Below, piece after piece: positions 31,064 to 40,886 of a stretch of DNA of 64,000 nt (the stretch's first letter is position 1; every line of letters begins with the position of its first letter). Where the stretch lies: positions 3,584,001 to 3,648,000 of the forward strand of contig OZ241907.1 in NCBI GenBank assembly GCA_965203515.1. The letters run 5' to 3'. A model generated the notes under the pieces. It ran no database searches. It saw only the letters and a program-made list of their open reading frames with translations, and was not told where the DNA came from. Both the position numbers and the translations under genes were made by a program. The stretch is from Spirochaetia bacterium. GTDB taxonomy: Bacteria > Spirochaetota > Spirochaetia > SZUA-6 > Bin103.

Positions 31064-31375
31064 ATGACGCTGAAAGAACGCTTGAGGGAGTGGCCCGCGC
31101 AGTGGATGCGGGAAGGTCGCGAGCAGGGCCTCGAACAGGGTCTCGAGCGGGGCCTCGAACAAGGTCGCGAGCAGGGCCTCGAACACGAACGGGCGCTGCT
31201 CTGCCGTATGGCAGCGTTGCGGTTCGGTGCGGAGGCGAGCGAGCGTTTGGCGGTTCTGTTGGCCAACGTCGCGGAAGCGGATCGACTGGCCGATATAGGC
31301 GACCGGTTGGTGCAATGCCGCGCCGCCGACGAATTTCTGACGCAAGCAGAGCTGATCACTCGACCGATCGACTGA
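31064..31375 (+). CDS. putative intact RpnS antitoxin of the disrupted rpn copy 2
   Basis: GGAGGAGG-N5-ATG retained; 103-aa ORF intact. Confidence 0.5.
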   Translation: MTLKERLREWPAQWMREGREQGLEQGLERGLEQGREQGLEHERALLCRMAALRFGAEASERLAVLLANVAEADRLADIGDRLVQCRAADEFLTQAELITRPID

Positions 31376-31420
31376 ACATGCGCTCGCGCGCCTCCGTCGT
31401 GCCGGCGCGCCGCCGGCTCA

Positions 31421-31453
31421 ACCTCCGGCGGGTCGCGCAGCTCGGCGGCCAGG
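31421..31453. repeat. direct repeat of sdhB 3' end (other copy 33432-33465)
   Basis: ACCTCCGGC-GGGTCGCGCAGCTCGGCGGCCAGG versus ACCTCCGGCCGGGTCGCGCAGCTCGGCGGCCAGG (one indel). Confidence 0.9.
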
Positions 31454-31972
31454 TTAGCTACAGCTTGCTCGGTGTTTCTCAATCTCGTCTTTGACGCGCT
31501 GCTGGAGGTCCTCAAGCTTCAGCCGTTCCATTTCTATGGCATTCACCAGAAGCGCCTTGACAACGCCCTTCGGAAACCGCTTGTACCGTTTCTCCGCTAG
31601 TGCCGCGACGATACGCCGGGCGACCGCGCCTATCCGAACGTAGTCGAGACCACACACGTCTACATGCTGATCGACCAAGTCGACGACCGGTGTCTTCCCT
31701 TGCGTGTACTTCAACCGCTGATCGGCGGCCTGCTGCAGTTCCTCCACTGCAACCCATACCATCTCGACCTTTTCCAATCGGTCTTGCGCCGACGCCAGCG
31801 CCAGCACGGCTCCTTCGACATCGGGCTTCTTACCGTCCCCGCATTCCCAGAATGACAGCGAATTTCCGTGAGTACGCAGGTCTGCAGTAACGGCATCGGC
31901 CGGGATTTCGCCATCGTCCATGCCGTGTCGGTCTTCCCATTTCGATCGTGTGATCTTGCGAGCTAGAAACAT
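31454..31972 (-). CDS. hypothetical protein, possible ADP-ribosyltransferase-like (R-S-H) toxin
   Basis: 172 aa, LARKI..KW, ADAVTADLRT..NSLSFW, GKTP...HVD; low GC. The fold is inferred. Confidence 0.6.
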   Translation of the reverse strand: MFLARKITRSKWEDRHGMDDGEIPADAVTADLRTHGNSLSFWECGDGKKPDVEGAVLALASAQDRLEKVEMVWVAVEELQQAADQRLKYTQGKTPVVDLVDQHVDVCGLDYVRIGAVARRIVAALAEKRYKRFPKGVVKALLVNAIEMERLKLEDLQQRVKDEIEKHRASCS

Positions 31973-31979
31973 CGAACAT

Positions 31980-32663
31980 CTACGATGACGTAAGATTGAC
32001 AACCATGTCGATATACTCTGCAAGCCACTGCTCGGTATCCCGGTGGGAAGCGAGAACGTCGATCAAGCCTGGATCGGCCCACTGTTCAGCGGCCTGCACC
32101 GCCGCGTCCCTGATCTGCACGTTGTCCACGGCCAGCGCGTCGCGCACGAGCGCGGCACGCCATGCTTCTGTTCCAGGATCGTATTGGCGGCCCAAGCAGC
32201 GTAGTACTGAGGCGGCGAACCCCGGTCGTCCGGCGTCCAGGGAACGTTCCCTCAACCACGCAAGGATCGATTGCTCGTCCCCGGAACTCAACGCGTCTGC
32301 AATGATCTCGTCGGCCGGATGGTCCATGCCGTCTTCAAACGGCTCCGTCTCGAAGGCCGCATACAGGGAATACTCGAAGCGCGCCGTTGCCCCCGACCTC
32401 TCCTCCGGAGACGCGACCCGTTTCTCATCGGCATGACCCAACGCCATCACGCTCCACACCCGGTATCGTGTCCCATCCGACGACGGGTCGACCACATGAA
32501 CGACTTGCCGGTCCCTCACCAGTGCGATTCGGAATGCCGCTTCCTTCGACACTGCGAGCGAGCCTCTCAGATCTGCAAACCGACACTGATCGTCAGCGTA
32601 TTGCGTAAATCGAATCGACGTAAATAAACCTGAACTTACCGTCGACTCCTGGTCAGTCTGCAT
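31980..32663 (-). CDS. hypothetical protein with C-terminal HEAT-like helices
   Basis: EPFEDGMDHPA...VLRCLGR...IRDAAVQAAEQW; ATG 32663 overlaps the upstream gene. Confidence 0.65.
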   Translation of the reverse strand: MQTDQESTVSSGLFTSIRFTQYADDQCRFADLRGSLAVSKEAAFRIALVRDRQVVHVVDPSSDGTRYRVWSVMALGHADEKRVASPEERSGATARFEYSLYAAFETEPFEDGMDHPADEIIADALSSGDEQSILAWLRERSLDAGRPGFAASVLRCLGRQYDPGTEAWRAALVRDALAVDNVQIRDAAVQAAEQWADPGLIDVLASHRDTEQWLAEYIDMVVNLTSS

Positions 32664-33417
32664 CGAAGATCTCCCTGGCCTTGTCCGTGATGATCGCCTC
32701 GAACGCCAACCGTTCCCGATCGCGCAGATCTTTCGCTTTCTCGATAGCTTTATCCTTCCCGACCGCGCTTTCGGTTTCCCAAATGACATCGAGATCGAGA
32801 ACTATCTGAGTGGCATCCGTCGAACTCGAGAATTTCACTTGCGCTAGAATGAGGCGCACGCCGTCTTCATAAGAAAGTTCCGTGCGGCTGACAAACTCAC
32901 TCACCCGAGGCGGCAACCCCGCCACTACCGGTAACGCACACTTCAAATAGTCTCCGATATTCGCGGCTTCCTTTGGAATGTCGATCCTGTTGACATACCG
33001 AATACTGATCCTCTTGACACCGTTCGGACTGGCTACTTTCCAGTATGCATCGAGAGCTTTCTGGATTCGATGTCGAAATTCACTCCAGCCATCCTGCGCG
33101 GATCCGGCATTTCCCTGATAGGGCCGAAGCATGTGTACGCTGACCACATCCGGTCCGATGCCAACCATTCTCGATTCGTCATTCGTAATTAGCAGAACTC
33201 TTCCCAGCCGCTCGCCATGTCGCAACTCGGACGGTTGTCCATCCTGCAATGCCAGTCCGACCTGGACCACATTCTGCTGCCGCGGCTTGCCCGGGTAATC
33301 GTCTAGTTCGGTGTGGAGTTTGCCCGGAATGGTCAGATCCCACGTTTCGTCTGAATCAAAGTGAAATTCGCAAAGCGCTTCCTCGATCGGCGGATTCCTG
33401 TATCGACGATGACCCAT
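32653..33417 (-). CDS. TIGR04255 family protein
   Basis: YRNPPIEEALCEFHF, Y..GWSEF, RISIRYVNRI, VLDLD, FEAIITDKAR. Confidence 0.8.
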   Translation of the reverse strand: MGHRRYRNPPIEEALCEFHFDSDETWDLTIPGKLHTELDDYPGKPRQQNVVQVGLALQDGQPSELRHGERLGRVLLITNDESRMVGIGPDVVSVHMLRPYQGNAGSAQDGWSEFRHRIQKALDAYWKVASPNGVKRISIRYVNRIDIPKEAANIGDYLKCALPVVAGLPPRVSEFVSRTELSYEDGVRLILAQVKFSSSTDATQIVLDLDVIWETESAVGKDKAIEKAKDLRDRERLAFEAIITDKAREIFDAD

Positions 33418-34184
33418 CAGCTATCTCCTCGACCTCCGGCCGGGTCGCGCAGCTCGGCGGCCAGGAACTCGCGGTTGAGGCGCGCGATGGTCTCGAAGGA
33501 GATGCCCTTGGGACACTCCGCTTCGCACTCCGCTTCGTTCGTGCAGTTGCCGAACCCTTCCGCGTCCATGGCCCGCACCATGGCGCGGGCGCGCCGGCGG
33601 CGCTCGGGCTGCCCCTGCGGCAGCCGTCCCAGATGGGTCAGCTTGGCGGCGGTGAACAGCATCGCCGAGGCGTTCTTGCAGGCCGCCGCGCACGCCCCGC
33701 AGCCGATGCAGGCCGCGGCGTCGAGCGCCGCCTCCGTCGCCTCCTTGGCGACCGGCACGGCGTTCGCCTCCGGCGCGCTGCCGGTGTTGATCGAGACGTA
33801 GCCGCCCGCCTGGATGATCCGGTCGAAGGCGCCGCGGTCCACGACCAGGTCCTTGATCACCGGAAAGGCGCGCGCCCGCCACGGCTCGACGACCAGCGTG
33901 TCTCCGTCGGAGAAGTGGCGCAGGTGGAGTTGGCAGACCGTGACCCCCGGCAGCGGGCCGTGCGCGCGGCCGTCGATCATGAAGCCGCACGAGCCGCAGA
34001 TGCCCTCCCGGCAGTCGTGCTCGAAGGCGACCGGCTCTTCGCCGCGCCGCTCCAGCGAGTCGTTGAGCACGTCCAGCATCTCCAGAAACGACATGTCCGG
34101 CGAGACGTCCGGCACTTCGTAGTCGACCAGCCGGCCGCGCCGCTCGCCGCGCCGTTGCCGCCAGACCCGCAGCCGGATCGTCAC
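33417..34184 (-). CDS. sdhB: succinate dehydrogenase/fumarate reductase Fe-S subunit
   Basis: [34 protein letters not shown] 34184. Confidence 0.95.
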   Translation of the reverse strand: MTIRLRVWRQRRGERRGRLVDYEVPDVSPDMSFLEMLDVLNDSLERRGEEPVAFEHDCREGICGSCGFMIDGRAHGPLPGVTVCQLHLRHFSDGDTLVVEPWRARAFPVIKDLVVDRGAFDRIIQAGGYVSINTGSAPEANAVPVAKEATEAALDAAACIGCGACAAACKNASAMLFTAAKLTHLGRLPQGQPERRRRARAMVRAMDAEGFGNCTNEAECEAECPKGISFETIARLNREFLAAELRDPAGGRGDS

Positions 34185-36112
34185 TTGTAGCTCCTTGCCG
34201 TGGGGTGGGCCACCTCGAACTCCAGCTCCTCGCGATGCAGGGCGGCGTCCGCGCCCACGCCTCGATGCTCCCAGCCGGCCACGTAGGAGAAGCGCTCGTC
34301 GTCGCGCAGCGCCTCGTTGTCGGCGGTCTGGTGCTCGACGCGGAAGTGCGAACCGCACGACTCCTCGCGGTGCAGCGCGTCCTGCACGATCAGCTGGCCG
34401 AACTCCAGAAAGTCGGCCACGCGGCCGGCGCGCTCCACTACGTCGTTGAGGTCGGCGGCGCTGCCCGGCACCGACGCCTCCGCCCAGAAGCGGTCGCGCA
34501 GCTCGGCGATCGCTCCCCCGGCCTCGGCGAGCCCCTGCGCGCTGCGCGTCATGCCCGCCTTGTCCCACAGGATGCGCCCCAGGCGGCGATGGAAGTCCTC
34601 CACCGGCGCGCCGCCGTCCAGCGCGGCCAGGCGCCCGATCCGTTCCGCCGCCTGCCGCTCCGCGTCGGCGAACGCCGCGTGGCCGGTGTCGAGGTCCGGC
34701 AGCGGAGCGGTGGCCAGATAGCCGCCCAGCGTAGCGGGGATGATGAAGTAGCCGTCGGCCAGTCCCTGCATCAGCGCGCTGGCGCCCAGGCGATTGGCTC
34801 CGTGGTCGGAGAAGTTGGCCTCGCCCAGCGCGAACAGGCCGGGGATGGTCGTCATCAGGTCGTAGTCGACCCACAGGCCGCCCATCGTGTAGTGCACGGC
34901 CGGATAGATGCGCATCGGCGCCGCATACGGGTCCTCGCCCGTGATCATCCGGTACATCTGGAACAGGTTGCCGTAGCGCTCGCGGATGCGCTCCACGCCG
35001 AGCCGCTCGATGGCATCGCGCAGGTCGAGATAGACCGCATGGCCGGTGGCGCCGACCCCGCGGCCGGCGTCGCAGACCTCCTTGGCGGCCCGCGAGGCCA
35101 CGTCGCGCGGCACCAGATTGCCGAACGCCGGGTAGCGCTCCTCCAGGAAATAGCGGCGTTCCGCTTCCGGGATGTCGGCCGGCGGGCGCGCGTCGCCGGC
35201 CGTCTCCGGCACCCAGACGCGGCCGTCGTTGCGCAGGCTCTCGCTCATCAGGGTCAGCTTGGCCTGGTGCTCGCCCGACACCGGGATGCAGGTCGGGTGG
35301 ATCTGCACGAAGCACGGGTTGGCGAACAGCGCGCCGCGCTTGTGGGCGCGCCACGTGGCGGTGACGTTGCTCGACTTGGCGTTGGTCGACAGATAGTAGG
35401 CGTTGCCGTAGCCGCCGGTGGCCAGCAGCACCGCATGCGCGGCGTGGGTCTCGAGGCCGCCGTCGAGCAGGTTGCGGGCGACGATGCCGCGCGCGGTCCC
35501 GTCCGCCACCACCACGTCCAGCATCTCCCGCCGGGTCAGCATGCGCACCTGGCCGGCGGCGATCTGCCGGCTCAGCGCTCCGTAGGCGCCGAGCAGGAGT
35601 TGCTGACCGGTCTGGCCGCGCGCGTAGAAGGTGCGCGACACCTGCGCGCCGCCGAACGACCGGTTGGCCAGCAGTCCGCCGTACTCGCGCGCGAACGGCA
35701 CCCCCTGCGCCGCGCACTGGTCGATGATCAGGTTCGATATCTCCGCCAGCCGGTAGACGTTGGACTCGCGCGCGCGGTAGTCGCCGCCCTTGATGGTGTC
35801 GTGGAAGAGCCGGAAGACGCTGTCGCCGTCGTTGGGGTAGTTCTTGGCGGCGTTGATGCCGCCCTGCGCGGCGATGCTGTGCGCCCGCCGCGGGCTGTCC
35901 TGCAGGCACAGGCAGGTCACCCGATAGCCCAGCTCCGCAAGCGACGCGGCGGCCGAGGCGCCGGCCAGCCCGGAGCCGACCACGATCACGGAGTAGCGGC
36001 GCCGGTTGGCCGGGTTGACCAGCGGCAGGTCGAAGCGGTGCCGGGTCCAGCGCTCGGCAAGCGCTCCCGAAGGCGCGGCGCCGTCGAGCTGCCCGGCGGC
36101 TGCGCCGCTCAT
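34181..36112 (-). CDS. sdhA: succinate dehydrogenase/fumarate reductase flavoprotein
   Basis: [34 protein letters not shown]. Confidence 0.95.
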   Translation of the reverse strand: MSGAAAGQLDGAAPSGALAERWTRHRFDLPLVNPANRRRYSVIVVGSGLAGASAAASLAELGYRVTCLCLQDSPRRAHSIAAQGGINAAKNYPNDGDSVFRLFHDTIKGGDYRARESNVYRLAEISNLIIDQCAAQGVPFAREYGGLLANRSFGGAQVSRTFYARGQTGQQLLLGAYGALSRQIAAGQVRMLTRREMLDVVVADGTARGIVARNLLDGGLETHAAHAVLLATGGYGNAYYLSTNAKSSNVTATWRAHKRGALFANPCFVQIHPTCIPVSGEHQAKLTLMSESLRNDGRVWVPETAGDARPPADIPEAERRYFLEERYPAFGNLVPRDVASRAAKEVCDAGRGVGATGHAVYLDLRDAIERLGVERIRERYGNLFQMYRMITGEDPYAAPMRIYPAVHYTMGGLWVDYDLMTTIPGLFALGEANFSDHGANRLGASALMQGLADGYFIIPATLGGYLATAPLPDLDTGHAAFADAERQAAERIGRLAALDGGAPVEDFHRRLGRILWDKAGMTRSAQGLAEAGGAIAELRDRFWAEASVPGSAADLNDVVERAGRVADFLEFGQLIVQDALHREESCGSHFRVEHQTADNEALRDDERFSYVAGWEHRGVGADAALHREELEFEVAHPTARSYK

Positions 36113-36771
36113 GCGCCGCCCCCGGCCAGGAAGTAGATCGGCAGCGACGCGAAACCGGCCGGCACCGCCAGGGCAAAGACCGTGCCCACCACGCGGATCA
36201 CCCGGGCGTACCGCACCTGATGCAGCCCCAGCGACTTGAAGCCGGATTGAAAGCCGTGCAGCAGGTGCGCGGCCAGCAGCACCATCGCCGCCACGTACAG
36301 CGCCGCGTACAGCGGCTCGCGGAAGGTGGCGGCCACCAGGTCGTACAGGGACAGGTCGGCCGCCCGCGGGCCGAAGCGCGACTCGTAGAAGAACTGCCGG
36401 AGATGGATCACCAGAAAGATGAAGGTGGCGCTGCCGGTGATCATCATCGTGCGGGACGCCAGGGTGGCGGCGCCGGCCGACCGCTTCTTGACGTAGCGCG
36501 CCGGTCGCGCCCGGCGGTTGCGGACCGTGAGCCACAGCCCGCTCGCCGCGTGCAGGGCGATCGACAGGAACAGCAGCACCTCGACGATGCGGATGACGAT
36601 GTTGGCGGTCAGCTCGTGCGCGTGCTCGTCGAACCGCTCCGCACCGGCGTAGAGCAGCAGGTTGCCGTACAGATGGACCACCAGGAACGAGCACAGGAAC
36701 AACCCCGTGGCGCCCATCAGCGCCTTCCTGCCGACCGACGAGGTCAGCATCTCGAAGCACCAGCGAATCAC
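36109..36771 (-). CDS. sdhC: succinate dehydrogenase cytochrome b558 subunit
   Basis: [26 protein letters not shown]; 5 TM segments. Confidence 0.92.
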   Translation of the reverse strand: MIRWCFEMLTSSVGRKALMGATGLFLCSFLVVHLYGNLLLYAGAERFDEHAHELTANIVIRIVEVLLFLSIALHAASGLWLTVRNRRARPARYVKKRSAGAATLASRTMMITGSATFIFLVIHLRQFFYESRFGPRAADLSLYDLVAATFREPLYAALYVAAMVLLAAHLLHGFQSGFKSLGLHQVRYARVIRVVGTVFALAVPAGFASLPIYFLAGGGA

Positions 36772-36895
36772 GCGCCCCCGACTGTACGGGAAGACCGGCG
36801 CATGGCGCTACCTCCGGCGGACCGCGCCGCCGCGCGTCGGCCGGCGGTTGCGGGGATTCGCTGCCCCCGGCGTCGTCTGAGCGGTATCATACGGT

Positions 36896-38206
36896 ATGGC
36901 TACGCAAGCGGACGTCACGGACGCCCTGCGCGCGATCGTCGATCCCGACCTGCACCAGGACATCGTCAGCCTGGGGTTTCTGAAGACGGTCGAGATCGAG
37001 GACGGGCACGTCCTGGCGCAGATTCACATCACCACGCCGGCCTGCCCGGTGCGGGACGAGTTCAAGACGCAGGCCGAGCGGCTGATCGGGGACCTGCCCG
37101 GCGTCAGGTCGGTCACGGTGCGGATCACGGCGCCGGAGCAGCGGCGCACCTCACCGGTCAAGGAGTCGGGCCTGGAGGAGGTTTCGACGATCATCGCCGT
37201 GGCGTCCTGCAAGGGCGGGGTCGGCAAGTCGACGGTCGCCGCCGGCATCGCCAGCGAGCTGGCGCGCCGCGGCCATCGCATCGGCCTGCTGGACGCCGAC
37301 ATCTTCGGCCCGTCGGTGCCGACCCTGTTCAACCGCCACGATCAGCCGCTCACCGCCGGACGCGGCAACCTGCTGGCGCCGGTCCCGGTCGGCCCGCTGC
37401 AGGTCATGTCGTTCGGCTTCTGGCTCGGCGACGCGCCGGCGGTCATGCGCGGGCCGATGGTCACCAGCTACGTGCAACAGTTCCTGCACGGCGTGGCCTG
37501 GGGCGGCCTGGACTACCTGCTGCTCGATCTGCCGCCGGGCACCGGCGACGTGCAGCTCACCATCACGCAGGCGATCCAGTTGGACGGCGCGCTGATCGTC
37601 ACCACGCCGCAGGCGCTGGCGCTCAGCGACGTCGGCAAGGGCATCGTGATGTTCGACAAGGTCGAGGTGCCGGTGCTCGGCGTGATCGAGAACATGGCCT
37701 GGTTCGCCGACGGCGGCGGCCGGCGCCACCACGTGTTCGGCGCAGGCGGGGGCGAGGCGCTGGCGCAGCGGTTCGGCGTCCCGCTGCTCTGTCAGCTTCC
37801 GCTCGATCCGGCCGCCTACGGCGGCAGCTTCGACGCCTATGCCGGCGACGAGGGTCTTGCGCGCGCGTCCGACGCGGTGGTGCGGGCGCTGGGACGCAGC
37901 AAGGCCGGCTCGCAGGCGAGGCCGGAGGTGACGTTCGACGAACGCGCGCTCAGCGTGAGTTGGGAGGACGGTTCGGTCGATCGCGTCGCCAACCGCGCGC
38001 TGCGCGCCAACTGCCGGTGCGCGCGCTGCATCGACGAGTTCTCCGGCGCGCAGCTGCTCGACGTCGAACGCATCCCCGCCGACATCCGCGCGGAGGAGGT
38101 GCGGGTGGTCGGCAACTACGCGCTGGCGGTGACCTGGAGCGACGGCCACTCGACCGGGCTCTACCCGTACCGGACCATCAAGTCGCTGGCGGCGGAGGCG
38201 GCCTGA
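36896..38206 (+). CDS. Mrp/NBP35 Fe-S carrier ATPase with DUF59 and DUF971 (HCF101-like)
   Basis: N-terminal DPDL..DIV..TTPACP; CKGGVGKS; DLPPGTGD; C-terminal CRCARC...WSDGHSTGLY. Confidence 0.9.
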   Translation: MATQADVTDALRAIVDPDLHQDIVSLGFLKTVEIEDGHVLAQIHITTPACPVRDEFKTQAERLIGDLPGVRSVTVRITAPEQRRTSPVKESGLEEVSTIIAVASCKGGVGKSTVAAGIASELARRGHRIGLLDADIFGPSVPTLFNRHDQPLTAGRGNLLAPVPVGPLQVMSFGFWLGDAPAVMRGPMVTSYVQQFLHGVAWGGLDYLLLDLPPGTGDVQLTITQAIQLDGALIVTTPQALALSDVGKGIVMFDKVEVPVLGVIENMAWFADGGGRRHHVFGAGGGEALAQRFGVPLLCQLPLDPAAYGGSFDAYAGDEGLARASDAVVRALGRSKAGSQARPEVTFDERALSVSWEDGSVDRVANRALRANCRCARCIDEFSGAQLLDVERIPADIRAEEVRVVGNYALAVTWSDGHSTGLYPYRTIKSLAAEAA

Positions 38207-38463
38207 ACCCCCTGCTGCACGGACTGGCCGGGGAGCCGGCGAGCGTCGGCGTCTGCCACGGCACGAGCTGCTCGATGGCGTTCTGCGATGACGTGCTGGA
38301 GGCGGGCTGCGAGCACGCCGCCCGGTCGGTGCCGGTCCGGCGCTGCGGCTGCCTTGGCCACTGTGACGAGGGGCCGAACGTGGTCTATGACGGCGTGGTC
38401 TACACCGACATGGACCCGGCCAAGATGCGGGCGCTGCTCGCGCGGCTCGGCTTGAGCGGCTGA
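38203..38463 (+). CDS. thioredoxin-like [2Fe-2S] ferredoxin (NuoE-like)
   Basis: VCHGTSC...CLGHCDEGPNV; likely CTG start overlapping the mrp stop. Confidence 0.7.
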   Translation: MNPLLHGLAGEPASVGVCHGTSCSMAFCDDVLEAGCEHAARSVPVRRCGCLGHCDEGPNVVYDGVVYTDMDPAKMRALLARLGLSG

Positions 38464-38469
38464 CGCGAT

Positions 38470-39528
38470 TCATCCCGGCGTCGCGCCCCGGAGGAGCCGG
38501 CAACCTGCTCGCGCCGCGGCGATGGCGGCCGTCGCGGCTGGGGCGGCCGCGGCGGCCGGCAGCGTCGACCGGTGCGGTTCCGGTTCCGCCGGAACCGGCG
38601 CCAGCAGCGCGGCCACGCCGTCGCGCACCGCCGCCGGCGCGTAGCCGCCCTCCAGGGTCGCCGCCCAGGGGACGCGCAGCTCGCCGAGGAGCGCGAACAG
38701 CCGGCCGAACAGATCGCGCAGTCCGGCGGCGCTGAGCCGCATGCCGCCGAGCGGATCGGCCGCGTGCGCGTCGAAGCCGGCCGATACGATCACCAGGTCG
38801 GGCCGCCAGGCGCGCACCAGCGGCAGCACCACCCGGTCCATCGCCAGCGCGTACTCGGCGTCTCCGCAGCCGGCCGGCAGCGGCACGTTCACGGTGTACC
38901 CGCGCCCGGCGCCGGCGCCGGTCTCGCCGGCGGCGCCGGACGTCCACGGGTACCACGGGTACTGGTGCAGCGATACGTACAGCACGTCGGCGCGTGCGTA
39001 GAAGATCTCCTGCGTGCCGTTGCCGTGGTGGACGTCGGGATCGAAGATCAGCACCCGGCGGCAGCCGTGGTCGGCCACCGCCGCGGCCGCCGCCGCGGCG
39101 GCGCTGTTGAACAGGCAGAACCCCATGGCGCGCGCCGACTCGGCGTGGTGGCCGGGCGGCCGGGTAAGGCAGACCGCGCCGGCCGCCTCGCCGGCGAGCA
39201 CGGCGCGCACCGCCTCCAGCGCCGCCTGCGCCGCGAGCCGCGCCGCATCGATGCTGTGCGGGCCGATGCGGGTGTCCGGGTCCAGAACCGCGCTGCGGCC
39301 GGACATCCGCAGCAGGCGCTCCACGTAGCGCGGCGCATGCGCCAGGGCCAGCCGGGACGCGCCGGCCGGCTCCAGCCGATCGACGACCCGCAGCCCGGAG
39401 GCCGCCGCGGCGCCGACGGCATCCATGGCGAAGCGCAGCCGCTCGGGGCGCTCGGGATGGCCGGCGCCCGCGTCGTGCCGGGCGCAGCGCGCGTCGGTGA
39501 GCACCAGCAACGGAGCCGCGCGCCTCAT
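38470..39528 (-). CDS. histone deacetylase family protein
   Basis: HPERPERL, RPPGHHA, GFCLFN, DVHHGNGTQ, SAGFDAH, LEGGY. Confidence 0.93.
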   Translation of the reverse strand: MRRAAPLLVLTDARCARHDAGAGHPERPERLRFAMDAVGAAAASGLRVVDRLEPAGASRLALAHAPRYVERLLRMSGRSAVLDPDTRIGPHSIDAARLAAQAALEAVRAVLAGEAAGAVCLTRPPGHHAESARAMGFCLFNSAAAAAAAAVADHGCRRVLIFDPDVHHGNGTQEIFYARADVLYVSLHQYPWYPWTSGAAGETGAGAGRGYTVNVPLPAGCGDAEYALAMDRVVLPLVRAWRPDLVIVSAGFDAHAADPLGGMRLSAAGLRDLFGRLFALLGELRVPWAATLEGGYAPAAVRDGVAALLAPVPAEPEPHRSTLPAAAAAPAATAAIAAARAGCRLLRGATPG

Positions 39529-39545
39529 CCCGGCGCGCCCTCATC

Positions 39546-39574
39546 TTGACGTCCCTTGGGGGGCTGTCTATATT
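39546..39574 (+). promoter_or_regulatory. sigma70-like promoter of ferredoxin operon
   Basis: TTGACG-N17-TATATT. Confidence 0.65.
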
Positions 39575-39600
39575 GCCGCCAACCAGCTCGAGGAAGGTTC

Positions 39601-39858
39601 ATGGCCTACATCATCACCGAACCCTGTATCGGCACCTGCGATACCTCCTGCGTCGAGGTTTGCCCGGTCGACTGCATCCATCCCTCCGACGGGTACGACG
39701 ATCCGGAAGGCAAGATGCTGTACATCGACCCTGACGAGTGTATCGACTGCGCCGCCTGCGTGCCGGAGTGCCCGGTCGACGCCATCTTCGAGGAAAGCGA
39801 AGTCCCCGACGAGTGGCAGAAGTACATCCAGATCAACGCCGACTACTTCAACAAGTAG
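39601..39858 (+). CDS. FdxA-type dicluster ferredoxin
   Basis: MAYIITEPCIGTCDTSCVEVCPVDCI...CIDCAACVPECP. Confidence 0.92.
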   Translation: MAYIITEPCIGTCDTSCVEVCPVDCIHPSDGYDDPEGKMLYIDPDECIDCAACVPECPVDAIFEESEVPDEWQKYIQINADYFNK

Positions 39859-39889
39859 CCGGCTGAGCGCAAGCGGACGGGTAGCGGCC

Positions 39890-40234
39890 ATGGCCAAACG
39901 ACGCCGGGCGGAGTTCTACAAGTCGATTCCGGAGCTTCCCAAGGCCATGCAGACCAAGAAGCGCAAGCCCAAGCTCATGGCGGTGGTCGATGAGGACAAC
40001 TGTACCGGCTGCCAGGTCTGCGTGCCGTTCTGTCCGGTCGACTGCATCGCCCCGGTAGCCGGCGACAAGTACGACATCCCCATCCCGCCGGTGCAGATCC
40101 GCTTCAATGAGTGCATCGGCTGCCAGATCTGCGCCCGCGTCTGCACGCAGCTCACCTGGGACGCGATCCGCATGCTGCCGACCGCGGAGTTCGAGAAGAC
40201 CTACCGGATCACCATCGACCAGACCGCCGGTTGA
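39890..40234 (+). CDS. 2x[4Fe-4S] dicluster protein
   Basis: CTGCQVCVPFCP and CIGCQICARVC. Confidence 0.85.
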   Translation: MAKRRRAEFYKSIPELPKAMQTKKRKPKLMAVVDEDNCTGCQVCVPFCPVDCIAPVAGDKYDIPIPPVQIRFNECIGCQICARVCTQLTWDAIRMLPTAEFEKTYRITIDQTAG

Positions 40235-40258
40235 TTCGCCGGCGCCGCGGAGACGCCG

Positions 40259-40789
40259 ATGTGGCTCTTCCTGTACACGTGCTACGCCCTGATCACCGTC
40301 ACCGGAGCGCTGCTCACCGCCGCGGTGGTGCAGGGGTTCACCGGCATCCCCGTGCTCGGCGCCGCGCATCCTGCGTTCGGCTTCTTCACGACCATCGTCT
40401 TCCTGCTGGCGCAGACGGCGGTGATCTTCTTCTTCGTCGCCACCGGCGTGAGCGTGCGCGACTTCGTGCGCGAGCGCGGGCTCGCCCCGGACCTGATCAC
40501 GCGCTCGCGCCGCGCCCACGGACCGGTATCGGGACAGACCACGCTCAGCCTGCTGCTGGTGATCGCCACCGCCGTCTCCGGCGGGGCTTCGGCCGCCGCC
40601 GTGATACCGCGCTGGCTGCACCTGGCGGTGGTCGCGGTCACCTACGCGCACTTCCTGATGCTGGTGGTGATGCAGCACCGCGCCTTCCGCGCGCAGACCG
40701 CCATCGTCGTGCGGATGGCCGACATGGCGCGGGCCTCAGAGGGTGAGGACGGAGATGACGACCACGGCGCCGGCGCCGAGCAGCAGTAG
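40259..40789 (+). CDS. hypothetical 4-TM membrane protein
   Basis: Four hydrophobic helices with several His residues. Confidence 0.65.
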   Translation: MWLFLYTCYALITVTGALLTAAVVQGFTGIPVLGAAHPAFGFFTTIVFLLAQTAVIFFFVATGVSVRDFVRERGLAPDLITRSRRAHGPVSGQTTLSLLLVIATAVSGGASAAAVIPRWLHLAVVAVTYAHFLMLVVMQHRAFRAQTAIVVRMADMARASEGEDGDDDHGAGAEQQ

Positions 40790-40873
40790 CGCGAACGCCG
40801 CGGTGACCAGCACGATGCGGCGAAAGCCGCTCGCTCCGGCGTCGAACTTGAGCACCGTGCGCCGCTCGGTCAT
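40736..40873 (-). CDS. small single-TM protein (45 aa)
   Basis: MTERRTVLKFDAGASGFRRIVLVTAAFALLLLGAGAVVVISVLTL; GC3-rich; below the track cutoff. Confidence 0.45.
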   Translation of the reverse strand: MTERRTVLKFDAGASGFRRIVLVTAAFALLLLGAGAVVVISVLTL

Positions 40874-40886
40874 GCTTGCGCCCCGG

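Larger units (their letters stand above)
29001..31375 (+). pseudogene. rpn copy 2 interrupted by IS3 and by a 7-bp duplication
   Basis: Near-identical to 26097-27176; IS inserted after 29246; GTGCTGC duplicated at 30685-30698, shifting the frame. Confidence 0.92.

Noticed and set aside
31421..33465. Integron cassette or prophage att sites
   Set aside because: No integrase and no attC-like palindrome; the repeat is simply the duplicated sdhB end.
33417..36760. 919-aa and 859-aa ORFs suggesting fused Sdh subunits
   Set aside because: Upstream extensions in alternative frames of GC-rich DNA; normal coupled starts exist at 34184 and 36112.
36220..38202. 747-aa ORF ending in the ferredoxin motif
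   Set aside because: Only the last ~86 codons look coding; the rest overlaps sdhC/mrp out of frame.
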